Assembly: GCA_035569635.1 (NCBI GenBank)
Contig: DATMMV010000078.1
Location: forward strand, 25,712 to 89,711
Origin: Bacteroidia bacterium
Lineage (GTDB): Bacteria > Bacteroidota > Bacteroidia > B-17B0 > Aurantibacillaceae
Direction: 5' to 3'
Length of the DNA stretch: 64,000 nt
The notes under the pieces were generated by a model. That model was not told the DNA's origin, made no database searches, and saw only the letters and a program-made list of their open reading frames with translations. Position numbers and translations under genes: made by a program. This document shows positions 18,539 through 27,925 of the stretch, in pieces (position 1 is the stretch's first letter; each line of letters opens with the position of its first letter).

Positions 18539-18577
18539 AGAAACCTGCATTTGTTATCAATGCAGGTTTCTCTTTTT
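18539..18577. terminator. bidirectional intrinsic terminator hairpin
   Basis: A perfect 12-bp stem (AGAAACCTGCAT / ATGCAGGTTTCT) with a 9-nt loop, followed by a T-run, between convergent genes. Confidence 0.75.
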
Positions 18578-18585
18578 ATTAAGTT

Positions 18586-19386
18586 TTATTTCTTTACCTG
18601 CGCATCCGAACCAAGTGTATTAAACACAGGGGTTTTTCCGTCAGTAATAATAACTTTAGAATTTCCCGAGCTCATTAGTGCCTCATACATTTTAATACGA
18701 TTGTATTCCAGAATTTTTTCATTCAAAGAAGTGGAGAGAATATCCTGCGCAGCTTTTATCCCTTCCGCTTCAATTCGTTGGCGCTCGGCTTCTTTCTTTT
18801 GTTTCTGAATTACAAAATCCATTTTCAACGCGTCCTGTTCTGCCTGTACTTTGCTTTCTATCGATTGCACAATTTGCGCCGGAAGGTTGATGTCTTTAAG
18901 TAACACTGCATCTACTATAAAGCCGTGCTGTTCAATGTGCAATTTTAATTCGTCGGCAATGGCTTTTTCTACTTTTTGCCTTTCGGTAGCGTATAATTCT
19001 TTGGCGTAGTAGCGCGCGCTTATTTCGCGTGCGGTTGCGCGGAAGTTGCTGAGCACAATTACTTCTTCATAATTCTGCCCGAATTTTTGATATACATTTG
19101 CGGCTTCTTCGGGTTTAACGTGGTATAATAAACTTATTTCGGCACTCACACTTAAACCTTCTTTAGTCGGCAAGGGTAGTGTTTGAAATGACTCAACGGT
19201 ACGGATATTTATTTTAACTACACGCGTTGTAAAAGGATTGAAATTTATTAAACCGGGCGTAAAAGGAGTGCCCTGTATGCGGCCGAAAGTTTGTTTAATG
19301 CCTATTTCGCCGGGCCTTACCACTCGGCAGGAAGTGATGCTTGCCGCAATCGCTAAGCAAACAGTAATCTGAAAAATAGTTTTCAT
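18586..19386 (-). CDS. SPFH/prohibitin family lipoprotein
   Basis: 266 aa with a lipobox (ASITSC), a Band-7 core (IGIKQTFGRI...VLLKDINLP) and a coiled-coil tail. Confidence 0.85.
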   Translation of the reverse strand: MKTIFQITVCLAIAASITSCRVVRPGEIGIKQTFGRIQGTPFTPGLINFNPFTTRVVKINIRTVESFQTLPLPTKEGLSVSAEISLLYHVKPEEAANVYQKFGQNYEEVIVLSNFRATAREISARYYAKELYATERQKVEKAIADELKLHIEQHGFIVDAVLLKDINLPAQIVQSIESKVQAEQDALKMDFVIQKQKKEAERQRIEAEGIKAAQDILSTSLNEKILEYNRIKMYEALMSSGNSKVIITDGKTPVFNTLGSDAQVKK

Positions 19387-19510
19387 GGGAATTTGTTTTG
19401 GTTATGTAATTGTACGAAACAATTATGCCACAGTTTGCCACTTAACATTTATTAAGTAAGCGGCATTTCATAAAAAATGTGAAAAGAAAAAATAAAGAAG
19501 AACTCCGTCT

Positions 19511-22270
19511 TTATTCAGAGATTAATTTGCAGGTATAGTGTTGGTCGCCTGTTTCTATAGAAATAAAATAAATACCCGGGCTCGTAAATTCAAATACTTT
19601 TCTGTAATCCGTTCCCGCACTTTCTTCCGAGCTTTTTAATACAACTTCGCCAAGCCCGTTGTAAATGGTGTAGTTAACAAGAGCCCCTTTTTCTGTATTT
19701 AAATAAACCGTAAAATTTCCGTCAAAAGGATTCGGTGCAATAACAGGTGCACTGTATTTATCATCACATACGCTTACAACGGCAGGGAATTCGGTTCTCA
19801 ATCCGTTGTTATCTACCTGCGCCAATTTATAGAAAGTAGTTTTTGTTTCGGTGTTCAGGATAACAGAATAATGTTGTGTAACAAGGCTGTTGCCGTGCCC
19901 GTTTACTTTTGCCACCTCGTTGTAATTTATTCCGTTGGCCGATTGCATTATTTCGAAATGATTATTATTTGTTTCGGTTGCGGTATTCCATTTTACAGCT
20001 GTTTTTCCGTTCAGGCATTTTGCAGAGAAGTCGCTTAACTCAATGGGTAAAGTCCCGATAGTTGCATTAATCGAACCCAATGTGTAATAACCTGTACCAC
20101 TTTGTATATCGCTGTATGGAACCGTAAAATTAATAGTACCTCCTGTTGCAGTGTATCCTGCATTCGGAGAATAGGTATGTTCGCCTGCAGAGCCGTCGTA
20201 AAAATTTGTATTGTCATCCACTAAAAGGCGCATATCCACATTGGTATTGGTACCATAACCGCTCGGGCCGTTTACCTGTGTCATATCAAACTGGATAATC
20301 AGGTTGCCGGTAAAAGCGCCGGTTTTTTGCGTGGCCCATACGCGTGTGGTTTGGTAAGCAATTACGGTTGCAGGGCCGTTATGTGTTGCTGAAACATTTA
20401 TAGGCGTGGCAAGTGTTCCGGCATTACTGCCACTCATCAAAAACGTTTTATCGTTGGTTAATGTGGTTGGAGCTCCCAGGCTGCTATTGGCAAGAGTAAC
20501 AATATCGGTTGAACCGTTTAAACTGGAAACGCTGGTGGTTTTTGTTTTGTTTAATAAGGAATTTCCTGCGGTATTGTCTCTTCCCAACCCGATTACGTAA
20601 TTATGATAACCTGCATGATTATTCCAGATTTGCGTGCCGTCGCTTCCCATATAAATTACTGCAGAACCTGCTCCGGCATTATTACCTAATGTTAGTCCGT
20701 ACTTAATACACAGGTAAGATTCCACACGGCGTAATTCGGAAGAAGAAAGTTTTTTATTAAAGGTCATTACTTCCGCAATATCCACATTTGTATAAAGAGG
20801 GTTTCCTAAATCATTAGAACCGATGTTCAGTGGTTTGAGGGTTGCTCCCGGTGCAAATGTAAGCGAGTGAGAAATTGTTGCATCGGTATTTGCGTTTAAT
20901 TTTAAAGTAAGGGAGGATGCGTCAGAAACATATTCTACAAGAACATCTAAATTTGTAATGGTTGTTGTACTGGCGCTGTTTTTTCCGGTTACATCATCTG
21001 TAAAATCCAAACGCTGTGAGGAACCGTTAAGTTCCTCTCCTATACGATACGAACCGGTAGGAGCAGTTTCCCATTTGTAATCAACCGTGCCGCTTTTAAT
21101 ATTTTTTATCATCATTATCGTGTTGTCCGTTGCATTAAACAGTGTTGTGCCGGTAAAAGTATTATTACTTACAAGAACATCACTAGTGCCGTTGAAACGA
21201 ATGTAATCCTGAAAATCAATTGTACCTGCCTGAACCGTGGGTTGATTTGCAACTGTAGCCTGTACCATATTACCCGTTATGCCTGCGCCTGATTGGTCAG
21301 CCCATGCGCTCACCGGATTACCTGTAACACCAGCGTCTGATTTTATCCAGTGTTTTAAATTCAGTGCACTTGTGCCCGGGTAAGAAGAGCATACCGCGAT
21401 TGTTCTCGTACCTGCCGGATTTGTAGCGGTTGGTACGTGAGTTATAGAGGCAACCGTAATCTGTGTACAGGAAGCATCAACTACATTTCCGGTTGTGGAC
21501 GCGGGATTAATATCGTAAGCAACCCAAAAATAATTTGTGCCCGAAGCGAGAGTTTGCGAACCGTTAATGGTATTGGAGCCACCTGCGGGAACAGTACCGC
21601 CACTTACAAATTCGTTGGTAGTATTGAAGGTAGCTGTTGTACCCGTATAGTAAATATGGATTTTAGAAACGTCGGCAAGTGTTGCGCTTGTGCTTCCGCC
21701 AGCGCCTAATTGAAATTGTGTAATTGATAAAGCGTTGCAAGTTCCGGCCGTTACAACCTGTACGCAAATTACATCCTGGTCGATATCACATTTTGTAACG
21801 CCCGATATATTAGATTGAACGGTTGTGCAGGAAGTAAAGGACATATTAGGAGGAATAGTTACTTTATACGCAAGGGTTGCGGTGTTTCCGGAACCGCAGG
21901 AAAAAGTACTTACTAAAACACGATAAGTTCCTGCTATGGTGGGTGTCCATGTAACATGCGACATAAGGCCGCAAAAATCGTCGTTGTAGCCGCCGGCGTA
22001 AGTTCCCGTATTATCAAGAATTGTTATCTGGCTGTCGAAAGCGGCATTACTTCCATCGGCGGCACAAAAAGAAAAATCATAGGTAGGCATGCATCCTGCG
22101 GCAACTACAAATGTGTAATAGTTCCCGGTACTTACATTCATGGTTTGGTAAGCTGCTGCCGGAACGGGAGAAAGAGCACCGCCATTTGCACCTCCCGAAC
22201 ATTGAGCCTCGCTTTTGAAGAGAGGAACAAAAATTAAGAGTATTATTACCAGGCGGCTTTTTTTTAGCAT
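19511..22270 (-). CDS. large surface protein with a T9SS type-A C-terminal sorting domain
   Basis: 919 aa with a signal peptide (LFKSEAQ) and a central LamG/laminin-G-like stretch (ANQPTVQAGTIDFQDYIRFNGTSDVL...). The C-terminus is APNPFDGNFTVYL...PGIYFISIETGDQHYTCKLISE. Confidence 0.75.
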   Translation of the reverse strand: MLKKSRLVIILLIFVPLFKSEAQCSGGANGGALSPVPAAAYQTMNVSTGNYYTFVVAAGCMPTYDFSFCAADGSNAAFDSQITILDNTGTYAGGYNDDFCGLMSHVTWTPTIAGTYRVLVSTFSCGSGNTATLAYKVTIPPNMSFTSCTTVQSNISGVTKCDIDQDVICVQVVTAGTCNALSITQFQLGAGGSTSATLADVSKIHIYYTGTTATFNTTNEFVSGGTVPAGGSNTINGSQTLASGTNYFWVAYDINPASTTGNVVDASCTQITVASITHVPTATNPAGTRTIAVCSSYPGTSALNLKHWIKSDAGVTGNPVSAWADQSGAGITGNMVQATVANQPTVQAGTIDFQDYIRFNGTSDVLVSNNTFTGTTLFNATDNTIMMIKNIKSGTVDYKWETAPTGSYRIGEELNGSSQRLDFTDDVTGKNSASTTTITNLDVLVEYVSDASSLTLKLNANTDATISHSLTFAPGATLKPLNIGSNDLGNPLYTNVDIAEVMTFNKKLSSSELRRVESYLCIKYGLTLGNNAGAGSAVIYMGSDGTQIWNNHAGYHNYVIGLGRDNTAGNSLLNKTKTTSVSSLNGSTDIVTLANSSLGAPTTLTNDKTFLMSGSNAGTLATPINVSATHNGPATVIAYQTTRVWATQKTGAFTGNLIIQFDMTQVNGPSGYGTNTNVDMRLLVDDNTNFYDGSAGEHTYSPNAGYTATGGTINFTVPYSDIQSGTGYYTLGSINATIGTLPIELSDFSAKCLNGKTAVKWNTATETNNNHFEIMQSANGINYNEVAKVNGHGNSLVTQHYSVILNTETKTTFYKLAQVDNNGLRTEFPAVVSVCDDKYSAPVIAPNPFDGNFTVYLNTEKGALVNYTIYNGLGEVVLKSSEESAGTDYRKVFEFTSPGIYFISIETGDQHYTCKLISE

Positions 22271-22303
22271 TTTTTATTTTAATTAAATTGCGGGATAAAT
22301 TTC

Positions 22304-22317
22304 TTAAATCGATTTAG
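22304..22317. promoter_or_regulatory. LacI-type operator-like palindrome TTAAATCGATTTAG
   Basis: The core AATCGATT fits the LacI-family AANCGNTT core and TAAATCGATTTA is a perfect palindrome. It lies 34 nt upstream of the ATG of the 919-aa surface protein gene. Confidence 0.5.
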
Positions 22318-22333
22318 ATAACGCTAAATATAG

Positions 22334-22341
22334 TATATTTG
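22334..22341 (+). promoter_or_regulatory. -7 box TATATTTG
   Basis: Exact motif in the divergent region upstream of the LacI gene. It would give a ~150-nt leader containing operator-like site 2. Confidence 0.35.
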
Positions 22342-22406
22342 CAGATGTAAAGTCAAGTAAATAAAGCCAAAAGGAAGTAATGTACTGGTAGCTAATCAAT
22401 TATTAT

Positions 22407-22420
22407 TTAAATCGTTTTAG
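22407..22420. promoter_or_regulatory. second operator-like site TTAAATCGTTTTAG
   Basis: Matches site 1 at 13 of 14 positions. It lies between the candidate + strand promoter and the LacI start codon. Confidence 0.45.
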
Positions 22421-22497
22421 GTTTCGGAGCATTTGTATTCACAAATAAGTTCACGATATTTGGTAAACTGGTTTTTGCAACATTAAAACTCCCTGTT

Positions 22498-23535
22498 ATG
22501 ACGCATAAAAAATATAATATTGAAGAGCTCGCAAAAAAAATCGGCGTTTCTAAAACACTGGTATCTTTTGTACTGAATAATAAAGCAGATAAATACGGAG
22601 TAAGTAAAGCCACACAAAAAAAAGTACAGGCGGCGATAAAAAAATTAGGTTTTCAGCCAAGTTCATCCGCCCGCATGTTACGCTTAAAAAAATCGAATTT
22701 AATAGGACTGGTTGTAGCTGATATCGGTAACCCTTTCTTCGCGCAAATTGCCATGCAGATTGAGCAACATGCCGATAAAGCAGGTTACCGCATTATCATT
22801 GCAAACACACACGAAGACCCCAAAAAAGAAATTGATTTATTAAACGCGCTTATACACAGCCAGGGTGTTGACGGAGTAATTTTAACCACCTCACTAAAAG
22901 CACCTAATAGTTTAAAAGCATTAATGCCTCCGCGTTATCCCTTAATATTGCTCGACCGTAAATTAAGCGGCATTGCAGCAAGTACGGTGGGTATTGATAA
23001 TTTTGAAGGTTCACATGAAATGACTAAACACCTCATTGCCGGCGGCGCCAAAAAAATAGGATTACTCACCATTTCTCCGGGATATATAAGCCCGATAAAA
23101 GACCGCGTTAACGGCTACAAAAAAGCACTGGAAGATGCAGGAATAAAATTTGAGCCGGAACTGGTGCAGGAAATTTCTTTTTCGCAAATAGAAAAAGATG
23201 TTTTTGAAGCGGTAAATCTTTTATACGGCCATAAAGAAATTGACGGCTTGTTTGTTTTAAACAACCAGATTGCGCGTCACTGTCTGCAAACGTTTGAGAA
23301 GATGGATATAAAAATTCCGCACGATATTTTGTTTTCTTCTTTTGACGATAATGAATTGTTCAGTTTATACAATCCGTCAATCTCAGCAGTAATGCAACCG
23401 GTTGAAAAATTAGGCGAGCTTGCTTTTGAAGAACTTGCCCGTTTAATAGGCGAAAAAGATTCGGACAAAAAAATCGCGCACGAGCAGGTCGGTCTAAAAC
23501 CGGAATTAATTATCCGGAACAGCAGCAAGCGCTAA
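22498..23535 (+). CDS. LacI family transcriptional regulator
   Basis: 345 aa with an N-terminal HTH ([22 protein letters not shown]) and a periplasmic-binding-protein-like sugar-binding fold. Confidence 0.9.
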   Translation: MTHKKYNIEELAKKIGVSKTLVSFVLNNKADKYGVSKATQKKVQAAIKKLGFQPSSSARMLRLKKSNLIGLVVADIGNPFFAQIAMQIEQHADKAGYRIIIANTHEDPKKEIDLLNALIHSQGVDGVILTTSLKAPNSLKALMPPRYPLILLDRKLSGIAASTVGIDNFEGSHEMTKHLIAGGAKKIGLLTISPGYISPIKDRVNGYKKALEDAGIKFEPELVQEISFSQIEKDVFEAVNLLYGHKEIDGLFVLNNQIARHCLQTFEKMDIKIPHDILFSSFDDNELFSLYNPSISAVMQPVEKLGELAFEELARLIGEKDSDKKIAHEQVGLKPELIIRNSSKR

Positions 23536-24557
23536 TCAAACAAACCTCCTTTATTTCTATGGGGTAATTTACCCATTTGCTTATACGCTTTTTCAGTGGC
23601 CTCGCGCCCGCGCGGTGTGCGTTGCAAATAACCTTCCTGAATTAAAAAAGGTTCGTACACTTCTTCAATAGTACCGGATTCTTCTCCTACCGCGGTACTG
23701 ATAGTTGTAATGCCAACCGGGCCGCCTTTAAATTTTTCGATGATGGCGCTGAGTATTCGATGATCCATTTCATCCAATCCGTTCGCATCAACGTTCAAGG
23801 CTTTTAACGAGAACAAAGCAATTTCTAAATTTATTTTTCCGTCGCCTTTAATCTGCGCAAAATCGCGCACGCGCCTTAACAAAGCGTTTGCAATACGTGG
23901 TGTGCCGCGGCTGCGCCTTGCAATTTCAAAAGCAGCCTCTTCATTAATTTCTACCTGCAAAATAGCCGCGCTGCGTTTTACAATTTTTGTAAGCACATCC
24001 GACTTGTAATAATTTAATCTTGCATTAATACCAAAACGTGCGCGTAGTGGAGACGTAAGTAATCCGCTACGGGTTGTGGCGCCTACTAATGTAAACGGGT
24101 TTAATTTTATTTGTACGCTGCGCGCGCTGGGGCCGCTGTCGAGCATAATATCAATTTTATAATCTTCCATGGCGGAATATAAATATTCTTCTACCACCGG
24201 GCTGAGGCGATGTATTTCGTCAATGAACAAAACATCGTAAGGTTCTAAATTGGTAAGTAGGCCTGCAAGGTCGCCTGGTTTATCCAATACAGGGCCTGAT
24301 GTGATGCGAATGCTTACACCCAAATCATTTGAAATAATATGTGCTAAAGTTGTTTTTCCCAAACCCGGAGGACCGTGTAGTAAAACATGGTCGAGCGCTT
24401 CCTCTCTTTGCTTTGCGGCCTGCACAAAAACGCGAAGATTATCAATTACAGATTCCTGTCCGCTGAAATCATCAAACAACACCGGGCGCAAGGCCTTTTC
24501 CGCTTCTTTATCGGCGGGGGTTAAATTTTCTTCTTCGGGATTTAAATTAGGGTTCAC
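23532..24557 (-). CDS. ruvB: Holliday junction branch migration helicase RuvB
   Basis: 341 aa with Walker [18 protein letters not shown] and an arginine finger region. It has a GTG start. Confidence 0.95.
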   Translation of the reverse strand: MNPNLNPEEENLTPADKEAEKALRPVLFDDFSGQESVIDNLRVFVQAAKQREEALDHVLLHGPPGLGKTTLAHIISNDLGVSIRITSGPVLDKPGDLAGLLTNLEPYDVLFIDEIHRLSPVVEEYLYSAMEDYKIDIMLDSGPSARSVQIKLNPFTLVGATTRSGLLTSPLRARFGINARLNYYKSDVLTKIVKRSAAILQVEINEEAAFEIARRSRGTPRIANALLRRVRDFAQIKGDGKINLEIALFSLKALNVDANGLDEMDHRILSAIIEKFKGGPVGITTISTAVGEESGTIEEVYEPFLIQEGYLQRTPRGREATEKAYKQMGKLPHRNKGGLFD

Positions 24558-24562
24558 TCAGG

Positions 24563-24592
24563 TACGAATTACGCAGGTACGAATATACGAAT
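24563..24592. repeat. three TACGAAT heptamer words
   Basis: Perfect TACGAAT at 24563, 24578 and 24586, immediately upstream of the ruvB start. Confidence 0.7.
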
Positions 24593-24645
24593 AGACAATC
24601 ATCGGGGATTAAACTGTTTGCTAATATAATTAACATTGTATTTGT

Positions 24646-24722
24646 GTTAGGGATTGAGCAACGGTGTTGGAGCACATAACGCCCGGCTGTTGCGTTATTG
24701 CGACTTGCGAAAGCCCGACCCG
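24646..24722 (-). repeat. REP-like palindromic element (reverse orientation)
   Basis: GTTAGGGATTGAG...GAAAGCCCGACCCG is the reverse complement of the ends of the element at 41845..42019 (GGGC...GGGCTTTC...CTCAATCCCTAAC). Confidence 0.6.
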
Positions 24723-24818
24723 TCACAGATACTCATTAACCGGGAATTTTAAATACGGGGAACACCCAAAACCATGGCCCAAAAGAGATAAAAATTACGG
24801 TTTTTAGCTAACAAAAAC

Positions 24819-24826
24819 TATATTTG
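24819..24826 (+). promoter_or_regulatory. -7 box TATATTTG
   Basis: Exact motif 10 nt upstream of the ATG at 24836. Confidence 0.45.
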
Positions 24827-24835
24827 TAACTCATT

Positions 24836-26878
24836 ATGGCAAAACAAAAGAATAAAAAAGGGTTTACAATAGAAATGAAACCTTTTGAGCTGTTTCCCTT
24901 CTCAAACCCCAAGATCCCTTACATCATACTGGCACTCATCGGGTTTATTTTTTACATAAACACCATTTACAACGAGTTTGCGCTTGATGACGGGATTGTG
25001 ATCCACAAAAACGAGTACGTTATGGAAGGCGTAAGTGGCATTGACAGTATCATGAGCCGTGATGCGTACCACAGTTTTTACAAGCAAATGAATGCCAAGG
25101 CGCAACTGGCCGGCGGACGTTACAGGCCTCTCTCTATTGTAAGTTTTGCGATTGAACAGGAATTTATAGGCAGCTATAAAGACGGAAAACTACCACCTGC
25201 CAATTGCTGGGATAAAAACGGTAACGGTAAAACCGACCCCGAGGAAGATATTAACGGCGACGGTTTATGGAACGATAACGATTGCCTTACGGAGGGTTGT
25301 ATGCTGCGGCATTTTAACAACGTGTTGTTTTATGTACTTTGTGTTTTGCTTATTTATTTTTTGTTCCGGAATCACATGTTCCCGCAATACCCCGACCTGG
25401 CATTTTTAGCTGCTCTGTTTTTTTGTATACACCCGATACACACCGAGGTTGTTGCGAATATGAAAAGCCGCGACGAAATTTTCTCCATGATATTTATTGC
25501 GCTCACGTTTATAACGGTATTTAAATATGCCGAAACACGGCAAACAAAATATATTATCTGGAGCGCGGTAAATTATTTCTTGTCGCTCTTGTCAAAAGAG
25601 TATGCCATTACATTGATTGTTGGAATACCGATGACACTTGTTTTGTTTGACAAAGATTTTAAGCTGAAAAACTATTACAATTTAATGTTAGGTATTAGTG
25701 CCGCATTCGTGTTGTATTTTATGATTCGTTTCAGTATAGTGGCTATTAAAAAACCGGTACCTGATACGGAATTATTAAACAACCCTTTTTTGTTAGCCAA
25801 GGGCACTCAGGTAATCGGTACCAAAATTTATGTGTGGCTTAAATATTTAATGTTGTTGTTTTTCCCGGCTGTATTAAGCTCGGATTATTCGTACAACAGT
25901 ATTCCGTACAGGGATATTCTTAGTTGGGATACGCTTTTATCATTAGCAATTTATATTACAATGGCAGTATTTACATATAAATTATACAAGAAAAGACACC
26001 CCGCTGCATGGGGCTTGTTGTTTTTCTTTGCAAACTTTTTAATGATCTGTAATTTGTTATTTGATATTGGTGCCACCATGGGCGAACGTTTGATTTTTCA
26101 CTCGTCGCTGGGATGGGCCGTATGTATAGCCTGGCTGTTTACCGAAGAAGGAAAAAAATATTTTGCTTCGGTTAAAACGCATAAAATGGTTTTGTGGATG
26201 GTAGTAACTGTTATTACGATTTTATTCGGCTGGAGAACGATTACCCGTAATGCTGTTTGGAAAAACGATATTACCTTATTTACACACGATGTAAATACTA
26301 TGCCAAACAGTGTATTGTGTTTAGGTAATGCCGGCGCACGCTGGATAGATTTATCGGAACGCCCTGCTAACAAGAAGCATGAAAAGGAATATTTGGATAA
26401 AGCCATTGGTTATTTAAATCACGCTTTAGAGATGCATCCGAAATACGTTAACGGGTACCTGAATTTAGGCCTGGCTTATTTTAAATTGCGTGATTACAAC
26501 AAATGCGAGGAAATTTGGGGCAAGGCTTATCAGCTGTATCCAAGCAACCCATTTTTAGGAACGTATTACCGTGTATTATCAAACGTGTATGTGCAACAGG
26601 CATTTGCCGACGCTAAAGCAAACAATTTGCAGAACGCGGCTTATTGGTTTGAGAAAGCTTCTAAAATTTATCCACAGGATCCTGAGATATGGTACAACTT
26701 AGGTGGCGCTGCATTCTCGTTGCATGATTACGCAAAAGCGAAAATGGCTTTTGAAAAATGCTTACAGCTAAACCCGAACCACCAACAGGCAAAAGTGGGA
26801 CTTGCAAATTGTCCGGCTGTTAGTGCAACACCTCAGCCAACAACAACCCTTGGTTCAGGTATGCCGGGACAAAAATAG
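24836..26878 (+). CDS. TMTC/PMT_2-like membrane glycosyltransferase with C-terminal TPR repeats
   Basis: 680 aa. The N-terminal polytopic domain has YRPLSIVSFAIE and HPIHTEVVANMKSRDE motifs (DUF1736/TMTC-like). The C-terminus carries 3-4 TPR units. A TAtaTTTG box lies at 24819..24826. Confidence 0.75.
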   Translation: MAKQKNKKGFTIEMKPFELFPFSNPKIPYIILALIGFIFYINTIYNEFALDDGIVIHKNEYVMEGVSGIDSIMSRDAYHSFYKQMNAKAQLAGGRYRPLSIVSFAIEQEFIGSYKDGKLPPANCWDKNGNGKTDPEEDINGDGLWNDNDCLTEGCMLRHFNNVLFYVLCVLLIYFLFRNHMFPQYPDLAFLAALFFCIHPIHTEVVANMKSRDEIFSMIFIALTFITVFKYAETRQTKYIIWSAVNYFLSLLSKEYAITLIVGIPMTLVLFDKDFKLKNYYNLMLGISAAFVLYFMIRFSIVAIKKPVPDTELLNNPFLLAKGTQVIGTKIYVWLKYLMLLFFPAVLSSDYSYNSIPYRDILSWDTLLSLAIYITMAVFTYKLYKKRHPAAWGLLFFFANFLMICNLLFDIGATMGERLIFHSSLGWAVCIAWLFTEEGKKYFASVKTHKMVLWMVVTVITILFGWRTITRNAVWKNDITLFTHDVNTMPNSVLCLGNAGARWIDLSERPANKKHEKEYLDKAIGYLNHALEMHPKYVNGYLNLGLAYFKLRDYNKCEEIWGKAYQLYPSNPFLGTYYRVLSNVYVQQAFADAKANNLQNAAYWFEKASKIYPQDPEIWYNLGGAAFSLHDYAKAKMAFEKCLQLNPNHQQAKVGLANCPAVSATPQPTTTLGSGMPGQK

Positions 26879-26971
26879 AAACATAAGAGTGGCATATATT
26901 TTTTGTGGTATAATTTATTTTTAACACTTGGATTACAAATAATTAAGGATATTTGCGCCTTGAGTTTATCA

Positions 26972-27844
26972 ATGAAAAATATAAGGAGAATATTTTTACT
27001 GATCGCGGTTTTTTCTGCTATGCCGTCTTTTTCGCAGATTGATTCTGTAATGGGAAGAAAGGTGAGAAAATTTACTTTTTACGGGACCTGGGGATATAAT
27101 CGCTGGGCTTTTACAAAAAGTACTATACATTTTACAAATAAGGGAACGCCTAACGATCCGAACCCTACACATCAGCCTTACGATTTTACTCTATATGATG
27201 TTAGTGCACAGGACAGCCCCGATTTTGATCAGATAGCTTCTAAATGGAGCGATGTGGCAAATTTTACTATTCCGCAATTCAGCGTACGTGTTGGTTGTTA
27301 TTTTAATAATAAGCAAGACGAAGGGCTTGAAATTAATTATGACCATGCAAAGTATGTGGTGACTGACGGGCAGCAAATGCATGTTAAAGGAACTATTAAC
27401 GGGCATTCGTTTGATACCCTTTGTGTTTATCCAAGAAATTATTTTCATTTTGAACATACCGATGGGGCAAACTTCTGGCAATTGAATTATATAAAACGCT
27501 GGAAAATTTTTAAAAGTAAAGACGGTAAAAGTAATATAGGATGGATGTTTAAACCGGGTGCGGGAGTAGTTATACCACGTACTGATGTAACATTGTTTGG
27601 AAATCGCCTGAATAACCGCTGGCATTTGGCAGGGTTTATCGCAGGAGTAGAAACAGGTTTGCGTGCCGAGTTCTTAAATCATTTTTGCCTTGAGTTTACC
27701 GCAAAAGCCGCTTATGCCGATTATTTGTGGTGTTACGTGCAATACAGGGGCAACGGTAATGCCAGTCACCGTTTTGGTACAGTAGGTGCTATCCTGAGTT
27801 TAGGATACCAATTCCACCATTTTGCTCCCGGCAAAAAAAGTTAA
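26972..27844 (+). CDS. hypothetical secreted protein (beta-rich, possibly outer membrane)
   Basis: The track ORF starts at a TTG at 26903. The ATG at 26972 gives a clean signal peptide, MKNIRRIFLLIAVFSAMPSFSQ. No recognisable family. Confidence 0.5.
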   Translation: MKNIRRIFLLIAVFSAMPSFSQIDSVMGRKVRKFTFYGTWGYNRWAFTKSTIHFTNKGTPNDPNPTHQPYDFTLYDVSAQDSPDFDQIASKWSDVANFTIPQFSVRVGCYFNNKQDEGLEINYDHAKYVVTDGQQMHVKGTINGHSFDTLCVYPRNYFHFEHTDGANFWQLNYIKRWKIFKSKDGKSNIGWMFKPGAGVVIPRTDVTLFGNRLNNRWHLAGFIAGVETGLRAEFLNHFCLEFTAKAAYADYLWCYVQYRGNGNASHRFGTVGAILSLGYQFHHFAPGKKS

Positions 27845-27925
27845 CAACCCGTTCTTGAAAATTAATTAAGTACCTTTTATTACCGGAGCTGAAAGCAATT
27901 ACTTTTAATTTGCTAATTCCCGGTA

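Noticed and set aside
24250-24594. 114-aa + strand ORF antisense to ruvB, and similar long antisense ORFs at 44067..44468, 27191..27625, 2868..3254, 51014..51562, 55569..55940, 56229..56588, 58261..58647 and 47602..47961.
   Set aside because: Each lies wholly or largely inside a confidently identified gene on the opposite strand. Their composition is low-complexity or Cys/Arg-rich, typical of antisense frames, and none has a promoter box or recognisable motif.
24558-24835. 278-nt gene-free region, and the 239-nt gap at 41842..42080, examined for tRNA, tmRNA, SRP or RNase P genes.
   Set aside because: I found no cloverleaf-compatible arms or T-loop (GTTCRANYC) motif. The content is accounted for by REP-like repeats plus a promoter box.
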